Assembly: GCA_018304385.1 (NCBI GenBank)
Contig: JAGVWJ010000002.1
Location: forward strand, 1 to 43,830
Length of the DNA: 43,830 nt
DNA from: Candidatus Micrarchaeota archaeon
GTDB lineage: Archaea > Micrarchaeota > Micrarchaeia > Anstonellales > Bilamarchaeaceae
Direction: 5' to 3'
Shown: positions 1 to 9,442 of the stretch, piece by piece
How the letters are laid out: each line of letters starts with the position of its first letter
How positions within the stretch are numbered: position 1 is the first letter of the stretch
The notes under the pieces: generated by a model
What the model was told of the DNA's origin: nothing
Databases searched by the model: none
The model's input: only the letters and a program-made list of their open reading frames with translations
Translations under genes and position numbers: made by a program

Positions 1-192
1 CGTGTTGGGATTGTTGAAAATAACCAATATTTAGAAAAGGCTGTACGCATTTATTCTAATACTTATACTAACCCACAGATGTACAGATGCAAGATCACCC
101 TTTATGTATATAATAAAGATGGGGTAATTGAATCTAGGTTAGAAAAACCGATTGATATAAGGTGCGAATTGAAGAAGAATGCTGTATTATGA
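1..192 (+). CDS. 3' end of a hypothetical protein (partial, runs off the window start)
   Basis: Frame 1 is open from base 1 (RVGIVENNQYLEK...KKNAVL) to TGA at 190-192; no recognisable motif. Confidence 0.5.
   Translation, partial: RVGIVENNQYLEKAVRIYSNTYTNPQMYRCKITLYVYNKDGVIESRLEKPIDIRCELKKNAVL
158..192 (+). repeat. Left copy of a ~35-bp imperfect direct repeat flanking the DUF433/DUF5615 TA module
   Basis: taaggtgcgaattgaagaagaatgctgtattatga; 18-bp core aagaatgctgtattatga (175-192) is identical to 823-840. Confidence 0.85.
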
Positions 193-549
193 CATGGCTC
201 TAATACGATATCTACCTAACTCTAAGATAACAATCTTCTTAACTAGATTATTCGGATCGAATTTTTCAAGGAAGTTTTTTAGAATCCTCACGATATCATG
301 CGCTGTAAAGTAATTGGGTAATCTCAAAATAATTAAACCATGGTGCGCTTGGCTCGGATAAATAATCGAACTACCAAATTCCAAATCTTTAGTAATTAAA
401 ATTGCATTCTGTTTCTTGGCATATTCAGCTATTTCCTTATCGCTAGCATTACTTAATCCTACTTCGCTTGCGTGTTCAACTTGAAAACCCAATAATACAA
501 GTTCTTTAACTGTAGACTTAGGGATGTTCTGATCAAGAAATAATTTCAT
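187..549 (-). CDS. DUF5615 / VapC45-like PIN-domain toxin
   Basis: MKLFLDQNIP...L.N.SDKEI...A......LITKDLEFG pattern; lies downstream of DUF433. Start moved from 582 to the ATG at 549. Confidence 0.85.
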   Translation of the reverse strand: MKLFLDQNIPKSTVKELVLLGFQVEHASEVGLSNASDKEIAEYAKKQNAILITKDLEFGSSIIYPSQAHHGLIILRLPNYFTAHDIVRILKNFLEKFDPNNLVKKIVILELGRYRIRAMS

Positions 550-769
550 GGGGTGTAGGCACCTTATGGACTTCTTCTCCATGAATTAATGAAGCAGCAT
601 AACGAATAACTGCTAATATTTGCTCTTTTGAAAGGCCGTATTCCTTTTTTATATCTTCATAAGTCATACCACCTTCTAACATACCAAGTACTTCATCTAC
701 AGTAATACGGGTACCTTTTATAATTGGTTTTCCATGCCTTATCTTCTCATCAATTACAATCTCTGCCAT
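533..769 (-). CDS. DUF433 antitoxin
   Basis: I.IDEKIRHGKPIIKGTRITV..VL.ML..G.T.EDI...Y.LS.EQI.A.I.YA is the typical DUF433 signature. Confidence 0.92.
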   Translation of the reverse strand: MAEIVIDEKIRHGKPIIKGTRITVDEVLGMLEGGMTYEDIKKEYGLSKEQILAVIRYAASLIHGEEVHKVPTPHEIIS

Positions 770-790
770 GTTTTTATTACGCTAATTAGA

Positions 791-798
791 TATATAAA
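791..798 (-). promoter_or_regulatory. Putative archaeal TATA box for a leaderless TA transcript
   Basis: Minus strand TTTATATA lies 22 nt upstream of the ATG at 769. Confidence 0.55.
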
Positions 799-805
799 AG
801 TTACT

Positions 806-840
806 TAAGGGCGATTTGAAGAAAGAATGCTGTATTATGA
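806..840 (+). repeat. Right copy of the ~35-bp direct repeat flanking the TA module
   Basis: taagggcgatttgaagaaagaatgctgtattatga, near-identical to 158-192. Confidence 0.85.
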
Positions 841-849
841 AGACCATAC

Positions 850-2199
850 TTAAATCCTTCTAGAAAAACCTTGTCCTTTTAAAAATGACAAAACCTCATC
901 CGCTTTTAAATTTCTATTTTCTCCAACTGCAAATTTAAGGATTCTTTCTGATATTCTCTTCTTAGTTAATCTTCTTTCTAAGGCCTGCAATTTTTCTGGT
1001 TTACTGATATCTATATTCAATAATTCAGCTACAAGGAGAATTACATTAGCTTCGCTACTATACGGTCCAATTCCTGCTCTAGTAGAATAACCTAAATTAC
1101 TTGGATCAAAAGGGCTAAAGACAATATTAGCACCATTAATACCGCCTTCTAAAAGCGCTTTTAATATAGTTCTGGCATGCGTACCAACATATGTTCTAAA
1201 GGCTTCCGGGTCCCTGAAGGTAGTACGCTTTATAGGTGCGCCATAAATTTCTGCTATCTTCTCCTCCCATCTTAAAAGACCGTGAAAATCAAAGCCTCCA
1301 TTATCATGAGGTGCCGCTAGCAGACTTATCCAATCATGAAGAATTCTACCAGCATCTGTAGCCTGATGAAGGTACATATTTAGAGCTAACTCTACCAAAT
1401 CTACATTGCCAGCTCGTTCCCCCATGCCAAGCCATGTTGCATGTATCCCATCTGCACCTGCCTGAAGGGCTGCAAGAGAATTTGCAATAGCCAAACCACA
1501 ATCATCATGAGGATGGAACTCTAGAAATCTTTCATCACCGATTTGTTCTCTCATAAATTTAAATAAGGCAAAGGCACCTGTAGGATTAAGATAGCCGATG
1601 GTATCCGCTAATACAAAGCCATTTACGCCTTCAAAATCCCTGAATAGCTCTGCAATTCTTTTCAAGATTTCTGGATTCGTACGACTTGCATTCTCTAATC
1701 CTATCCAAACATTTAATCTATTTTCTAATGCTAATTTTACAGCGCTCTTAAAATTTTCCTCTACATCTTCGATAGCCCATTTTTCAACAGCCATACGTAT
1801 GCGGCTTACATCCTGAAAGATACAGATTTCGACTTCTCTACTTTCTCCCTTTGATTTTTTCTGAATTTCAACTATTGGTTGTATATCTCCTTCTAAAGGC
1901 CTTGCTAGCATACGGGGTCGCATGTGTTTGGATAAACATTCATTTGCCATTACAACTAAATCTTCAAAGCCTTTTCTTTTTTCGGTTGGAAAACCGATAT
2001 TAATATTATCTACACCCGCGGCATGTGTCAATTCTATTATCCTAATAGACTGCTCCAAAGTTGGCTTTTTAGCTAATCTTCCTTGTTCTCCATCACGCTT
2101 GTCAAAATGAATATACCAAGGTCTGTGGGCACGGCCATTATTGTTCCAATCATGCGCATAGCCAGGTAAAAGTCTTGGGCTTGTTTTAAATTCCATCAT
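850..2199 (-). CDS. DRE-TIM metallolyase, LeuA/homocitrate/citramalate synthase-like (HMGL-like), no C-terminal regulatory domain
   Basis: RDGEQ motif, metal-binding HPH, GLAIANSLAALQAGA and GMGERAGN; otherwise divergent. Confidence 0.85.
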   Translation of the reverse strand: MMEFKTSPRLLPGYAHDWNNNGRAHRPWYIHFDKRDGEQGRLAKKPTLEQSIRIIELTHAAGVDNINIGFPTEKRKGFEDLVVMANECLSKHMRPRMLARPLEGDIQPIVEIQKKSKGESREVEICIFQDVSRIRMAVEKWAIEDVEENFKSAVKLALENRLNVWIGLENASRTNPEILKRIAELFRDFEGVNGFVLADTIGYLNPTGAFALFKFMREQIGDERFLEFHPHDDCGLAIANSLAALQAGADGIHATWLGMGERAGNVDLVELALNMYLHQATDAGRILHDWISLLAAPHDNGGFDFHGLLRWEEKIAEIYGAPIKRTTFRDPEAFRTYVGTHARTILKALLEGGINGANIVFSPFDPSNLGYSTRAGIGPYSSEANVILLVAELLNIDISKPEKLQALERRLTKKRISERILKFAVGENRNLKADEVLSFLKGQGFSRRI

Positions 2200-2293
2200 G
2201 TTATTATTAGCTGTTTAGTATGTATATTAATTTAATGATTAAAAATTTTCACAAAAAGGAGTATTTATTAATTTTAGTATAAAATAATAAAAT

Positions 2294-3265
2294 ATGGAGT
2301 CTTTAGATAATGTTGATATGAAAATCCTAGCTGAATTGGACTTGGATGCCAGGCAGCCTATTACAAAGATAGCAAAAAAACTAAGAATTTCAAAGGAAGT
2401 TGCAGGCTATAGGATTAGAAAGATGGAAAGAGAGGCATACATAAAAGGTTATTATACTGTTTTGAATCCTTCGCTTCTTGGTATAACTTACTATCGCATT
2501 CTGTTAAAGTTCTATTCACTGGATATAAAGACTGAAAAGGAGATCTTGACATTTCTAATAGATCATAGATATGTAGGATGGATAGCAAGTTGTTTTGGAA
2601 AATATGATTTAATAGGGGTTATAGAAGTCGAAAACGCTTATCAATTTGATCAGTTTCTTTATGAATTTTTAATTAAGTATGGGAAATATATTGTTGAAAA
2701 AGAAATTACAATTTTCTCTGCCTCATTTGCTTTTAATAAGAAATTTCTTACGGATAACTACAAAACAGAAGTGCTGGAATATATACACCAACCAAAAAAA
2801 ATAAAAGTTGACAAGATGGACTTAAAGATTATTAAGAATCTATCCACAAATGCAAGAAAAACTTTAGTAGAGATAGCTAAAGATTTAAGTTTAACCCCAA
2901 AGGCGATTTCTGATAGGATAAAGAAATTGGAGAATTCAGGAGTTTTGCAAGGTTATCGTACAAGTATTGATTTTTCTAAGCTAGGCTATCTACACACACA
3001 TACTTTAATAAAATTAGAAAACATTGAAACGAGAAAAAAATTAATGAATTTTTTTAGAGAACATAAATCTACGCTCTATGGAGCATTCCAGATTGGTGCT
3101 TATGATATTTCTATAGAATCAGTAGTTAGAAATTTAGATGAACTTAATAGTTTTATTCATGAGATGCGTAATCTTTTTATTAAGGATATTAAAAACTATG
3201 ATGCACTCATATTAACTAAGGAGTATAAATTAACTTACTACCCATTCCAAGCTTTTCAACTATAA
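2294..3265 (+). CDS. Tandem double Lrp/AsnC-family transcriptional regulator
   Basis: Two HTH-RAM repeats (D.KIL.EL..DARQP...IAK.L; D.KII..L..NAR....EIAK.L); divergent from the LeuA-like gene. Confidence 0.88.
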   Translation: MESLDNVDMKILAELDLDARQPITKIAKKLRISKEVAGYRIRKMEREAYIKGYYTVLNPSLLGITYYRILLKFYSLDIKTEKEILTFLIDHRYVGWIASCFGKYDLIGVIEVENAYQFDQFLYEFLIKYGKYIVEKEITIFSASFAFNKKFLTDNYKTEVLEYIHQPKKIKVDKMDLKIIKNLSTNARKTLVEIAKDLSLTPKAISDRIKKLENSGVLQGYRTSIDFSKLGYLHTHTLIKLENIETRKKLMNFFREHKSTLYGAFQIGAYDISIESVVRNLDELNSFIHEMRNLFIKDIKNYDALILTKEYKLTYYPFQAFQL

Positions 3266-3709
3266 CTAAATCAATTTTATCTCTTTATCTGCAATCAAGT
3301 GACTCGCATATCCAATTATTCCAGCTATTGCAAGATTGAAATTAAATAAAAGATACAAAATAGCCCCATAGATCACTACAAAAAACAAGCTGTGCGTTAT
3401 GCCACGATGCCTTGGTCTTAGAAAAGTAATTATAAGAAAGTATATGCCAATAAGCAGAATTGCTGTTTTTCCAATCTCGAGCAATTGACAATTACTGCAA
3501 GAGTTATAGCTATACACCAAAGCAAATAAAACAAATGACTTATCAGCAATGCTCCTTATTTTACTCATTTTATGGTCTATGTCAGGTAATAAAGCGCTAA
3601 ATCCTGCAAAAATCGAAAGGAAGATAATTGATTCAAATTTAACATTCATTAAATATAAGGCTAGTGCAGCTAGCAACGTACCGATAATTGCATGGGAACG
3701 CCAATCCAT
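3266..3709 (-). CDS. Membrane-bound metal-dependent hydrolase (YdjM/DUF457-like)
   Basis: N-terminal H, LPDIDH, HRGITHSL and GYASHLIAD motifs; several hydrophobic helices. Confidence 0.85.
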   Translation of the reverse strand: MDWRSHAIIGTLLAALALYLMNVKFESIIFLSIFAGFSALLPDIDHKMSKIRSIADKSFVLFALVYSYNSCSNCQLLEIGKTAILLIGIYFLIITFLRPRHRGITHSLFFVVIYGAILYLLFNFNLAIAGIIGYASHLIADKEIKLI

Positions 3710-3755
3710 AGTATATGTTATAAACCAAAAATTAAAAGGCTAATTGAGAAACTGT

Positions 3756-5039
3756 TCAGAAGTCTCCATTTTCATATCTACTAATAGCATAACTTATGAA
3801 TTCATTAAAGAGTGGTAGATATTCTTCTAACTCTTTCCATGAAGAAAATGGATAATTGGTTTTCCTTTGTGATAAAAATGTCTTCTGCATATAAGGTTCG
3901 TAAAATCTTAAAAGATTCTCCGGAATCATATCAAGCTCTATAAGATAAGAATAGCCTTCATGAATAAGAAAAGTTTCTCTGTAGTAATCAGGACTAATCC
4001 CTAACTCTGCGTATCTATCTCTATACTCACTAAGAGTACTAGTAGGCCCTAATGTTAGATTAGAAACGTCAACCTGAAAGTTTTCGATAGCAAATATAGC
4101 ACTCTCTAATCTGCGTCTTTGTTCTCTAGATAACTCAGGATATTTCTCTCTGATAAAATCTACTCTAAATTTCCTCATTATATCTATCATATCTCCTTCT
4201 TCACTTACAAGATATTCATCTACTTCACCAGCCATTACACTATACTGCGTTCTTCTAAGTTCAATCATTTTTCTCAAACTTTCTTCATCTAGCTCAAAAT
4301 TTTCCAAAAATTGTTTTAGAGCATCTACAAACTCTGTTTGTTCTGTTTCAGATAAACCAGTAGAAAAAACATCATGTAAGAGCTCATGAACGATTGTACG
4401 TAATGCAAATACTTCATTTCCAGGTATTAACTCTTCTTTTTTGTATTTAACGATATTATATTCAGTACAGTAAGATTGTGGGCACACAGCAATTTTATGT
4501 CCTTCAACATCTACTATACTATAAACGTCACCATGATGATACCCACTAGGTATGTTACTCCCTGCGCCAGTTGAAAATATTAGAAACACATTATTTTCTA
4601 AAATTGCAATAACATCTGGATCTGTAATATTAAATTTTTCTAAAATAGTTGGAATAACTATCTCTTCTAGATCTTTTCGATAAGCATCTCTAATTTCTGG
4701 TGGTATATCTTTAGTAGAAACATAAGAACCAGGAAATGTCTTCCAATCTGAAGCAGGAACACCAAGTGAAACATCTTTAATTTTAAAACTATTATTCTCT
4801 TTTTCTAACAAAAATGTAGGAAACCATGCCAATTCCTTAATTTCTTCTTGCTTTCTTTCAGTTTTAGTCTCTGGCACTGGGCCGCACCCGCTTAATAACC
4901 CTACAATAGCTAAGGGTGATAAAATAACCATTGCTGCTGTCTTTGCTATATCTTTCCAAGTACGTTCTTTTCTGGTTGGCACTAACCGTCCAACCTTTTC
5001 ATCTTCTTGTGCTGATTGTTTTTGCTTAAAGACAGACAT
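3756..5039 (-). CDS. Putative lipoprotein with HEXXH zinc-peptidase motif
   Basis: Hydrophobic stretch ending in LLSG-C (lipobox-like); IVHELLHD motif. Confidence 0.55.
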   Translation of the reverse strand: MSVFKQKQSAQEDEKVGRLVPTRKERTWKDIAKTAAMVILSPLAIVGLLSGCGPVPETKTERKQEEIKELAWFPTFLLEKENNSFKIKDVSLGVPASDWKTFPGSYVSTKDIPPEIRDAYRKDLEEIVIPTILEKFNITDPDVIAILENNVFLIFSTGAGSNIPSGYHHGDVYSIVDVEGHKIAVCPQSYCTEYNIVKYKKEELIPGNEVFALRTIVHELLHDVFSTGLSETEQTEFVDALKQFLENFELDEESLRKMIELRRTQYSVMAGEVDEYLVSEEGDMIDIMRKFRVDFIREKYPELSREQRRRLESAIFAIENFQVDVSNLTLGPTSTLSEYRDRYAELGISPDYYRETFLIHEGYSYLIELDMIPENLLRFYEPYMQKTFLSQRKTNYPFSSWKELEEYLPLFNEFISYAISRYENGDF

Positions 5040-5052
5040 TTTAAACCGCCCA

Positions 5053-6336
5053 CTAAGGATACAACCTGGTTCTATCCCTTGGAAATAATGTTGCCTCTCT
5101 AATGTTATCCAAATTGCAGATCTTCATTGTTAAACGCTCAAGCCCAATGCTCCAACCAGCATGTGGTGGCGCGCCCATTCTAAAAGCATTCAAATAGAAT
5201 TCAAATTTGTATGGATCTAAACCACGCTTCTTTAATTGATCTTCTAAAATTTCTACTTTGTGAATTCTTTGTGCACCACTTGCAATTTCTAAGCCACGAT
5301 AAACTAGATCAAAAGCATTACATTTTTTCTCATCCTTTTGTGGCATAGAATAGAACGCGCGTGTGGCAGTTGGCCATTCATATATAAAGTATAAATCCTC
5401 TCCAAGCAGCTCTTGTAATTTCTTTTCTGCTTCTTTTGAAAAATCGTCTCCCCAATTGATTTTAAATTTAGCTTTATTCAGTTTATCAATCAAATCAGTG
5501 TAGGTATAGCGTGGAATATTTTTTGGTACTTCAAGCTTACTGCCTACTGCTTCCAAATCTGCGCTTGCATGTTCTTTAACAGAATTTAATACATGTAGAA
5601 CAACGCCTTCTAATATTTTCATTACATCTTCGTGATCTGCAAAACCCATTTCAATATCCATCTGCAAAACTTCATTTAGATGTGTAACTGTATTGTGTTT
5701 CTCAGCACGAAATACTGGCACCGTCATAAATACGCGATCAAATCCCCCAATAACAGTTAGCTGTTTGTATAATTGAGGAGATTGCACTAGGAACGCAAGA
5801 TTTTCAAAATACTGGATGGGAAAAACATCAGTGCCACCTTCTGTTGCAGCTCCGGTTATGCAAGAGGGATGGATTTCTACAAATTGTTCTTGCAAAAGAT
5901 ATTCTCTAAATGCATTTGCAACAATAGATTTTATTTTAAAAACTGCAGAAACCTTTTTTCTTCTTAAATCTACATAGCGATAGTCTAATCTTGTATCTAG
6001 CTCGGCTGGCACAGCATCACTTGGATCAACTGGCAGCTTACGCTCAACCTTATTTAGAATTTCAAAGCTGGTTGGAATAAGCTCAACACCATCTGGTGCT
6101 ATTTTATTTGGAACTAACTCGCCTTCGAATGTAACTACGTCTTCACGATTGCATTTTATTGCATCAAGCAATGAATCATCAATCTTGCCTTTTTTTGCTG
6201 TTACTTGTAATATGCCGGTTCGGTCACGAACAAGAATAAATTTAAGCTTGCCTAGATCGCGGAAATCGTAAACCCAACCAGCAATTTTGGCTTTTTTGGC
6301 TTTCTTTGCTTCATTTATATAATATGTTCTGAACAT
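5053..6336 (-). CDS. aspS: Aspartyl-tRNA synthetase, archaeal type (probably non-discriminating)
   Basis: OB-fold N-terminus (IAGWV..FRDLG), RLDYRYVDLR, LVQSPQLYKQ, FRAE, GAPPHAGWSIGLERL; Pro in the KIAPDGVE loop suggests the ND type. Confidence 0.93.
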   Translation of the reverse strand: MFRTYYINEAKKAKKAKIAGWVYDFRDLGKLKFILVRDRTGILQVTAKKGKIDDSLLDAIKCNREDVVTFEGELVPNKIAPDGVELIPTSFEILNKVERKLPVDPSDAVPAELDTRLDYRYVDLRRKKVSAVFKIKSIVANAFREYLLQEQFVEIHPSCITGAATEGGTDVFPIQYFENLAFLVQSPQLYKQLTVIGGFDRVFMTVPVFRAEKHNTVTHLNEVLQMDIEMGFADHEDVMKILEGVVLHVLNSVKEHASADLEAVGSKLEVPKNIPRYTYTDLIDKLNKAKFKINWGDDFSKEAEKKLQELLGEDLYFIYEWPTATRAFYSMPQKDEKKCNAFDLVYRGLEIASGAQRIHKVEILEDQLKKRGLDPYKFEFYLNAFRMGAPPHAGWSIGLERLTMKICNLDNIREATLFPRDRTRLYP

Positions 6337-6387
6337 AGAAATCGTATAAACTAATTGTGATCTAAGATTATAAAAGTAATGTTTTAG

Positions 6388-7620
6388 TTATGCTGCTGCC
6401 TTTACCCTTCTTTCAACATTATCTAAAGATGAAAGCATAATTCCTGCTTCCGAAATAGTATTCCTAAAGTACACCAAGCCAGCTAGGATATCTCTACCTG
6501 CAATATCCTTTGCTTTGGTTAGTGTTTTCTGCCACGTATCTACATCCCTGGTTTTAATACTATTTCCAAATAAAACCAAGGTGGCATCCGCAACAATATC
6601 AATGGCAGCTATTGGATTTTTTTGTCCAAATTCATATATAGCTTCGTTCGCCATATCAGTATTGCCAGATTGCAAAGTGGCAATGAAAGCATATTTGAAA
6701 ACAGATGATTCAATGCCAAGTTTGCTTCCTGGTTTTACCTGCTCAGCAAAAGCTTTTCCTAAGATTTCTTGTTCTTTGCCCTTATCAAACTTAACACCAT
6801 AATCAAAACAATACGTTTTTAGTGCAGCCCTTGCAATTTCTTCTGCATTATCTTCTTTACCTTGTCTTATGAATAAATGTTTTTTAGCTGTATCGTAGCC
6901 ACGGGTTTTTGCTATATTTACTGCATTAGCAAATTGGGGTTGAGTAACCTTTTCAGATGGATTTGAGCGATTATAAATCAGATAAACCTGGGCCAAAGCT
7001 ATAGATGGATCATGTTTTGCAAGCCTTTCGAGAAAGCTATTTGTTGCAACAGCATCCCTCTTACTAATTAAAGCCAAACTATCCTCAAGAACCCTAAAGG
7101 GTATGTTAACCATAACTCCATTAGCTTGGAGGGTCTTAATCCCCTCAAGTACTTTCTTTTTTTCCGCTGTGGAAAGCGTAAGGCCCATATTTTCGTATAC
7201 ATTAAGTGCTTTTGTTGCAAGCTCGGTAAAGTTTTTTGGCTCGTTTGTTGTGCTTCTTGAATCAGATAAAAAATCTCCCTGAAGCTTCGCAATCTCAGCA
7301 TAGACTTCTTGCCGAAGCCTTTTTCCTTGCTCAGGTGCTTTACGCTCAATTTTTTTAAGCCCTTGTTCTACTTTTGTTAAATCAAAATCGTTATTTTTTG
7401 CTAATGCTACTAGCGCTGCCTTACGTGCAGCAAACCTTAAACTTGCCAAAGATAGATTCTCATTGGCAATATAATCTATTGTAGTTGACATCTCACGCCC
7501 AAAGAGATCAGCTGGTTTGGCACCTAATCGCCTACAAAAATCAGTGAGTTCAGAACGTACTATATCTTTTGATTTACCCAGCATTGATTTACTTTCACCA
7601 TCTTTTAACCGGTTAGTCAT
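6388..7620 (-). CDS. Hypothetical alpha-helical protein
   Basis: 410-aa ORF, Ala/Lys-rich, third gene of an apparent operon; no motif recognised. Confidence 0.75.
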   Translation of the reverse strand: MTNRLKDGESKSMLGKSKDIVRSELTDFCRRLGAKPADLFGREMSTTIDYIANENLSLASLRFAARKAALVALAKNNDFDLTKVEQGLKKIERKAPEQGKRLRQEVYAEIAKLQGDFLSDSRSTTNEPKNFTELATKALNVYENMGLTLSTAEKKKVLEGIKTLQANGVMVNIPFRVLEDSLALISKRDAVATNSFLERLAKHDPSIALAQVYLIYNRSNPSEKVTQPQFANAVNIAKTRGYDTAKKHLFIRQGKEDNAEEIARAALKTYCFDYGVKFDKGKEQEILGKAFAEQVKPGSKLGIESSVFKYAFIATLQSGNTDMANEAIYEFGQKNPIAAIDIVADATLVLFGNSIKTRDVDTWQKTLTKAKDIAGRDILAGLVYFRNTISEAGIMLSSLDNVERRVKAAA

Positions 7621-7624
7621 TGAA

Positions 7625-8647
7625 TCACCCTACTGCCTTTGTCTTCTTTGCTGCCTTGACAAGCTTGAACGCATCATCAGCTATACGCATGGCACCTTCA
7701 GGGTCGCTTGTCACCTGGGTTCTAGCTTGGGCTATCTTCTGTAAACCAACCTCAAGAAACCGGTCCCCTTCTTCTTTCTTTTTTCTAAGTTCGTTAATTT
7801 CTCTTTGCTTGGTATTAATAAAAACAAGTGCTTCTCTCACAGCAGGTTTTATATTTAATTCCTTATCTAAATCAGCCAAAATTTTATTACGGTCACTTTC
7901 AACTTTTTTAGCTAATGCAACAATTGTACCATCGTCCAACTTACCTGTTTGCAGTACGCGTAAATTTCCTTGTAGTTCTTTTATTGATACAACTGTTGAT
8001 TTACTTTCCAAATTGTCTCCAGCTGGCTTACTTGTATAACCTAAATAATAAAAATTATAAAATGGTGTAAAGAAACTACCATCATTAAAACGTTCTACTA
8101 TATAGTCAAGCTTATCTAGCTTATCTAATTTTTCAGCCAAGTCGCGTGCTTTTGGTTGCCCCTCTAATTCACTATATATATCCCTAGCTTCAGAATATTT
8201 TCGTTCTAGCAAGCAATTCTTTGCCATTTCCATTATTTTTGCTTCTAAGGCTGGTTTTTGTTCTTCAGGTGCTGAAGTATAAGCCATTGCATAATAATAT
8301 CCAGCAGCCTTCCATTCTAATTTATATTCACGCTCTTTTGCTTTACTTAATGCTGCCTCCATTGCGGCCTTTTGTTGCTCTTGCTTGGCTAAATCAACTT
8401 CTTGTTGTGCTTTTTGTTGTTTTTGCTTAGATAATACATCATCTAAATCTCGTTTAATATATGCTGTTAAAACTGCTCTTAGGTTCTTTCTCTTTTCTGG
8501 ATTCATTGCTTTTATGTGTTCTGTGGCCCTTCCAATAACTGCATTTAGCTCTGGTGCAACGGAAGCATAACGATTATCCTTAAGGATATTAATCGCCTCA
8601 GTAGCGGCGATTGTTTTTACCTTTGCCTCTAGAGACTTTTCTGCCAT
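7625..8647 (-). CDS. Hypothetical coiled-coil / TPR-like protein
   Basis: 340-aa ORF with GGTGT RBS; Q/K/A-rich coiled coil and a TPR-like segment (WKAAGYYYAMA...YSEARDIY). Confidence 0.75.
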   Translation of the reverse strand: MAEKSLEAKVKTIAATEAINILKDNRYASVAPELNAVIGRATEHIKAMNPEKRKNLRAVLTAYIKRDLDDVLSKQKQQKAQQEVDLAKQEQQKAAMEAALSKAKEREYKLEWKAAGYYYAMAYTSAPEEQKPALEAKIMEMAKNCLLERKYSEARDIYSELEGQPKARDLAEKLDKLDKLDYIVERFNDGSFFTPFYNFYYLGYTSKPAGDNLESKSTVVSIKELQGNLRVLQTGKLDDGTIVALAKKVESDRNKILADLDKELNIKPAVREALVFINTKQREINELRKKKEEGDRFLEVGLQKIAQARTQVTSDPEGAMRIADDAFKLVKAAKKTKAVG

Positions 8648-8666
8648 GTTTTACACCGTTAAAAAA

Positions 8667-8933
8667 CTACGCTTTACGTATTTTCGGTATCATTTTTCCA
8701 ATTCCTTTTGATACTGAACCACGTTTGGAAAACAAGGATTTTAAACCACTTTTAACTGACTGAGATATTTTGCTAGCATTTTCGTATTTTGTAGCCTTGT
8801 CAATAACACTACTTACTTCAGCTTTTGTAAGCGAATCAGCAGATATGCCAATGTTCTTGGTAAAACTTTGAAGAGTAGTTAGTGCTATTTCCTTTTTCTC
8901 AACTTCTCCTAACATTAATTTTTCTGGGCACAT
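8667..8933 (-). CDS. Small hypothetical protein
   Basis: 88-aa ORF, first gene of the operon; EVSSVIDKATKY resembles ELNAVIGRATEH in the next gene. Confidence 0.6.
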   Translation of the reverse strand: MCPEKLMLGEVEKKEIALTTLQSFTKNIGISADSLTKAEVSSVIDKATKYENASKISQSVKSGLKSLFSKRGSVSKGIGKMIPKIRKA

Positions 8934-8985
8934 AATATGAAGATGGTCACTTACTTATTTAAAACCTTAGTTTTATGTTTCTCTT

Positions 8986-9441
8986 ATGGTTATCTTTACA
9001 AAGCGTGAATCATATGAAAAACAGATTGCTATATACTTAGGTAATAGAGATTATCAAAAAGCATACGAGTTATCAAAAGAATTTGTAGAACGCTTTAGTA
9101 CTGAAATGATTGCACATTTTTTATTAATGAAAAGTGCGTTCTGGCTAAAGAACTTTGATGAGGCAATAAAAGAAGGAAGAGAAGCGTTTAATCTATCTCA
9201 TGGAGAGGACATGCTCACATGCGCGATCATATTAAGCAGCGCTTATTACTTAAATGGAAATCAGGAAGAATGCTATAAACTATTAGGTAAAATGAAAACA
9301 GAGGGCAATCCTGATGTGGAAAAATTAATGTTTATTTATTCTTTGGCAGCTAATAACGAACAGGAGGCAATGACACATATTGATAAATTGTATAAGATAA
9401 ACCGCAGACTAGCAGAAGAGTTTATTATGAAGTTCTTGTGA
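8986..9441 (+). CDS. TPR-like protein
   Basis: Repeated helical pairs (DYQKAYELSKE; NFDEAIKEGREA; NEQEAMTHIDKL). Confidence 0.65.
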   Translation: MVIFTKRESYEKQIAIYLGNRDYQKAYELSKEFVERFSTEMIAHFLLMKSAFWLKNFDEAIKEGREAFNLSHGEDMLTCAIILSSAYYLNGNQEECYKLLGKMKTEGNPDVEKLMFIYSLAANNEQEAMTHIDKLYKINRRLAEEFIMKFL

Positions 9442-9442
9442 A

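Noticed and set aside
5364-5377. tggcagt tggccat, heptamer-like pair in aspS
   Set aside because: Only two units, encoding the conserved EWP motif region of AspRS; coincidental.
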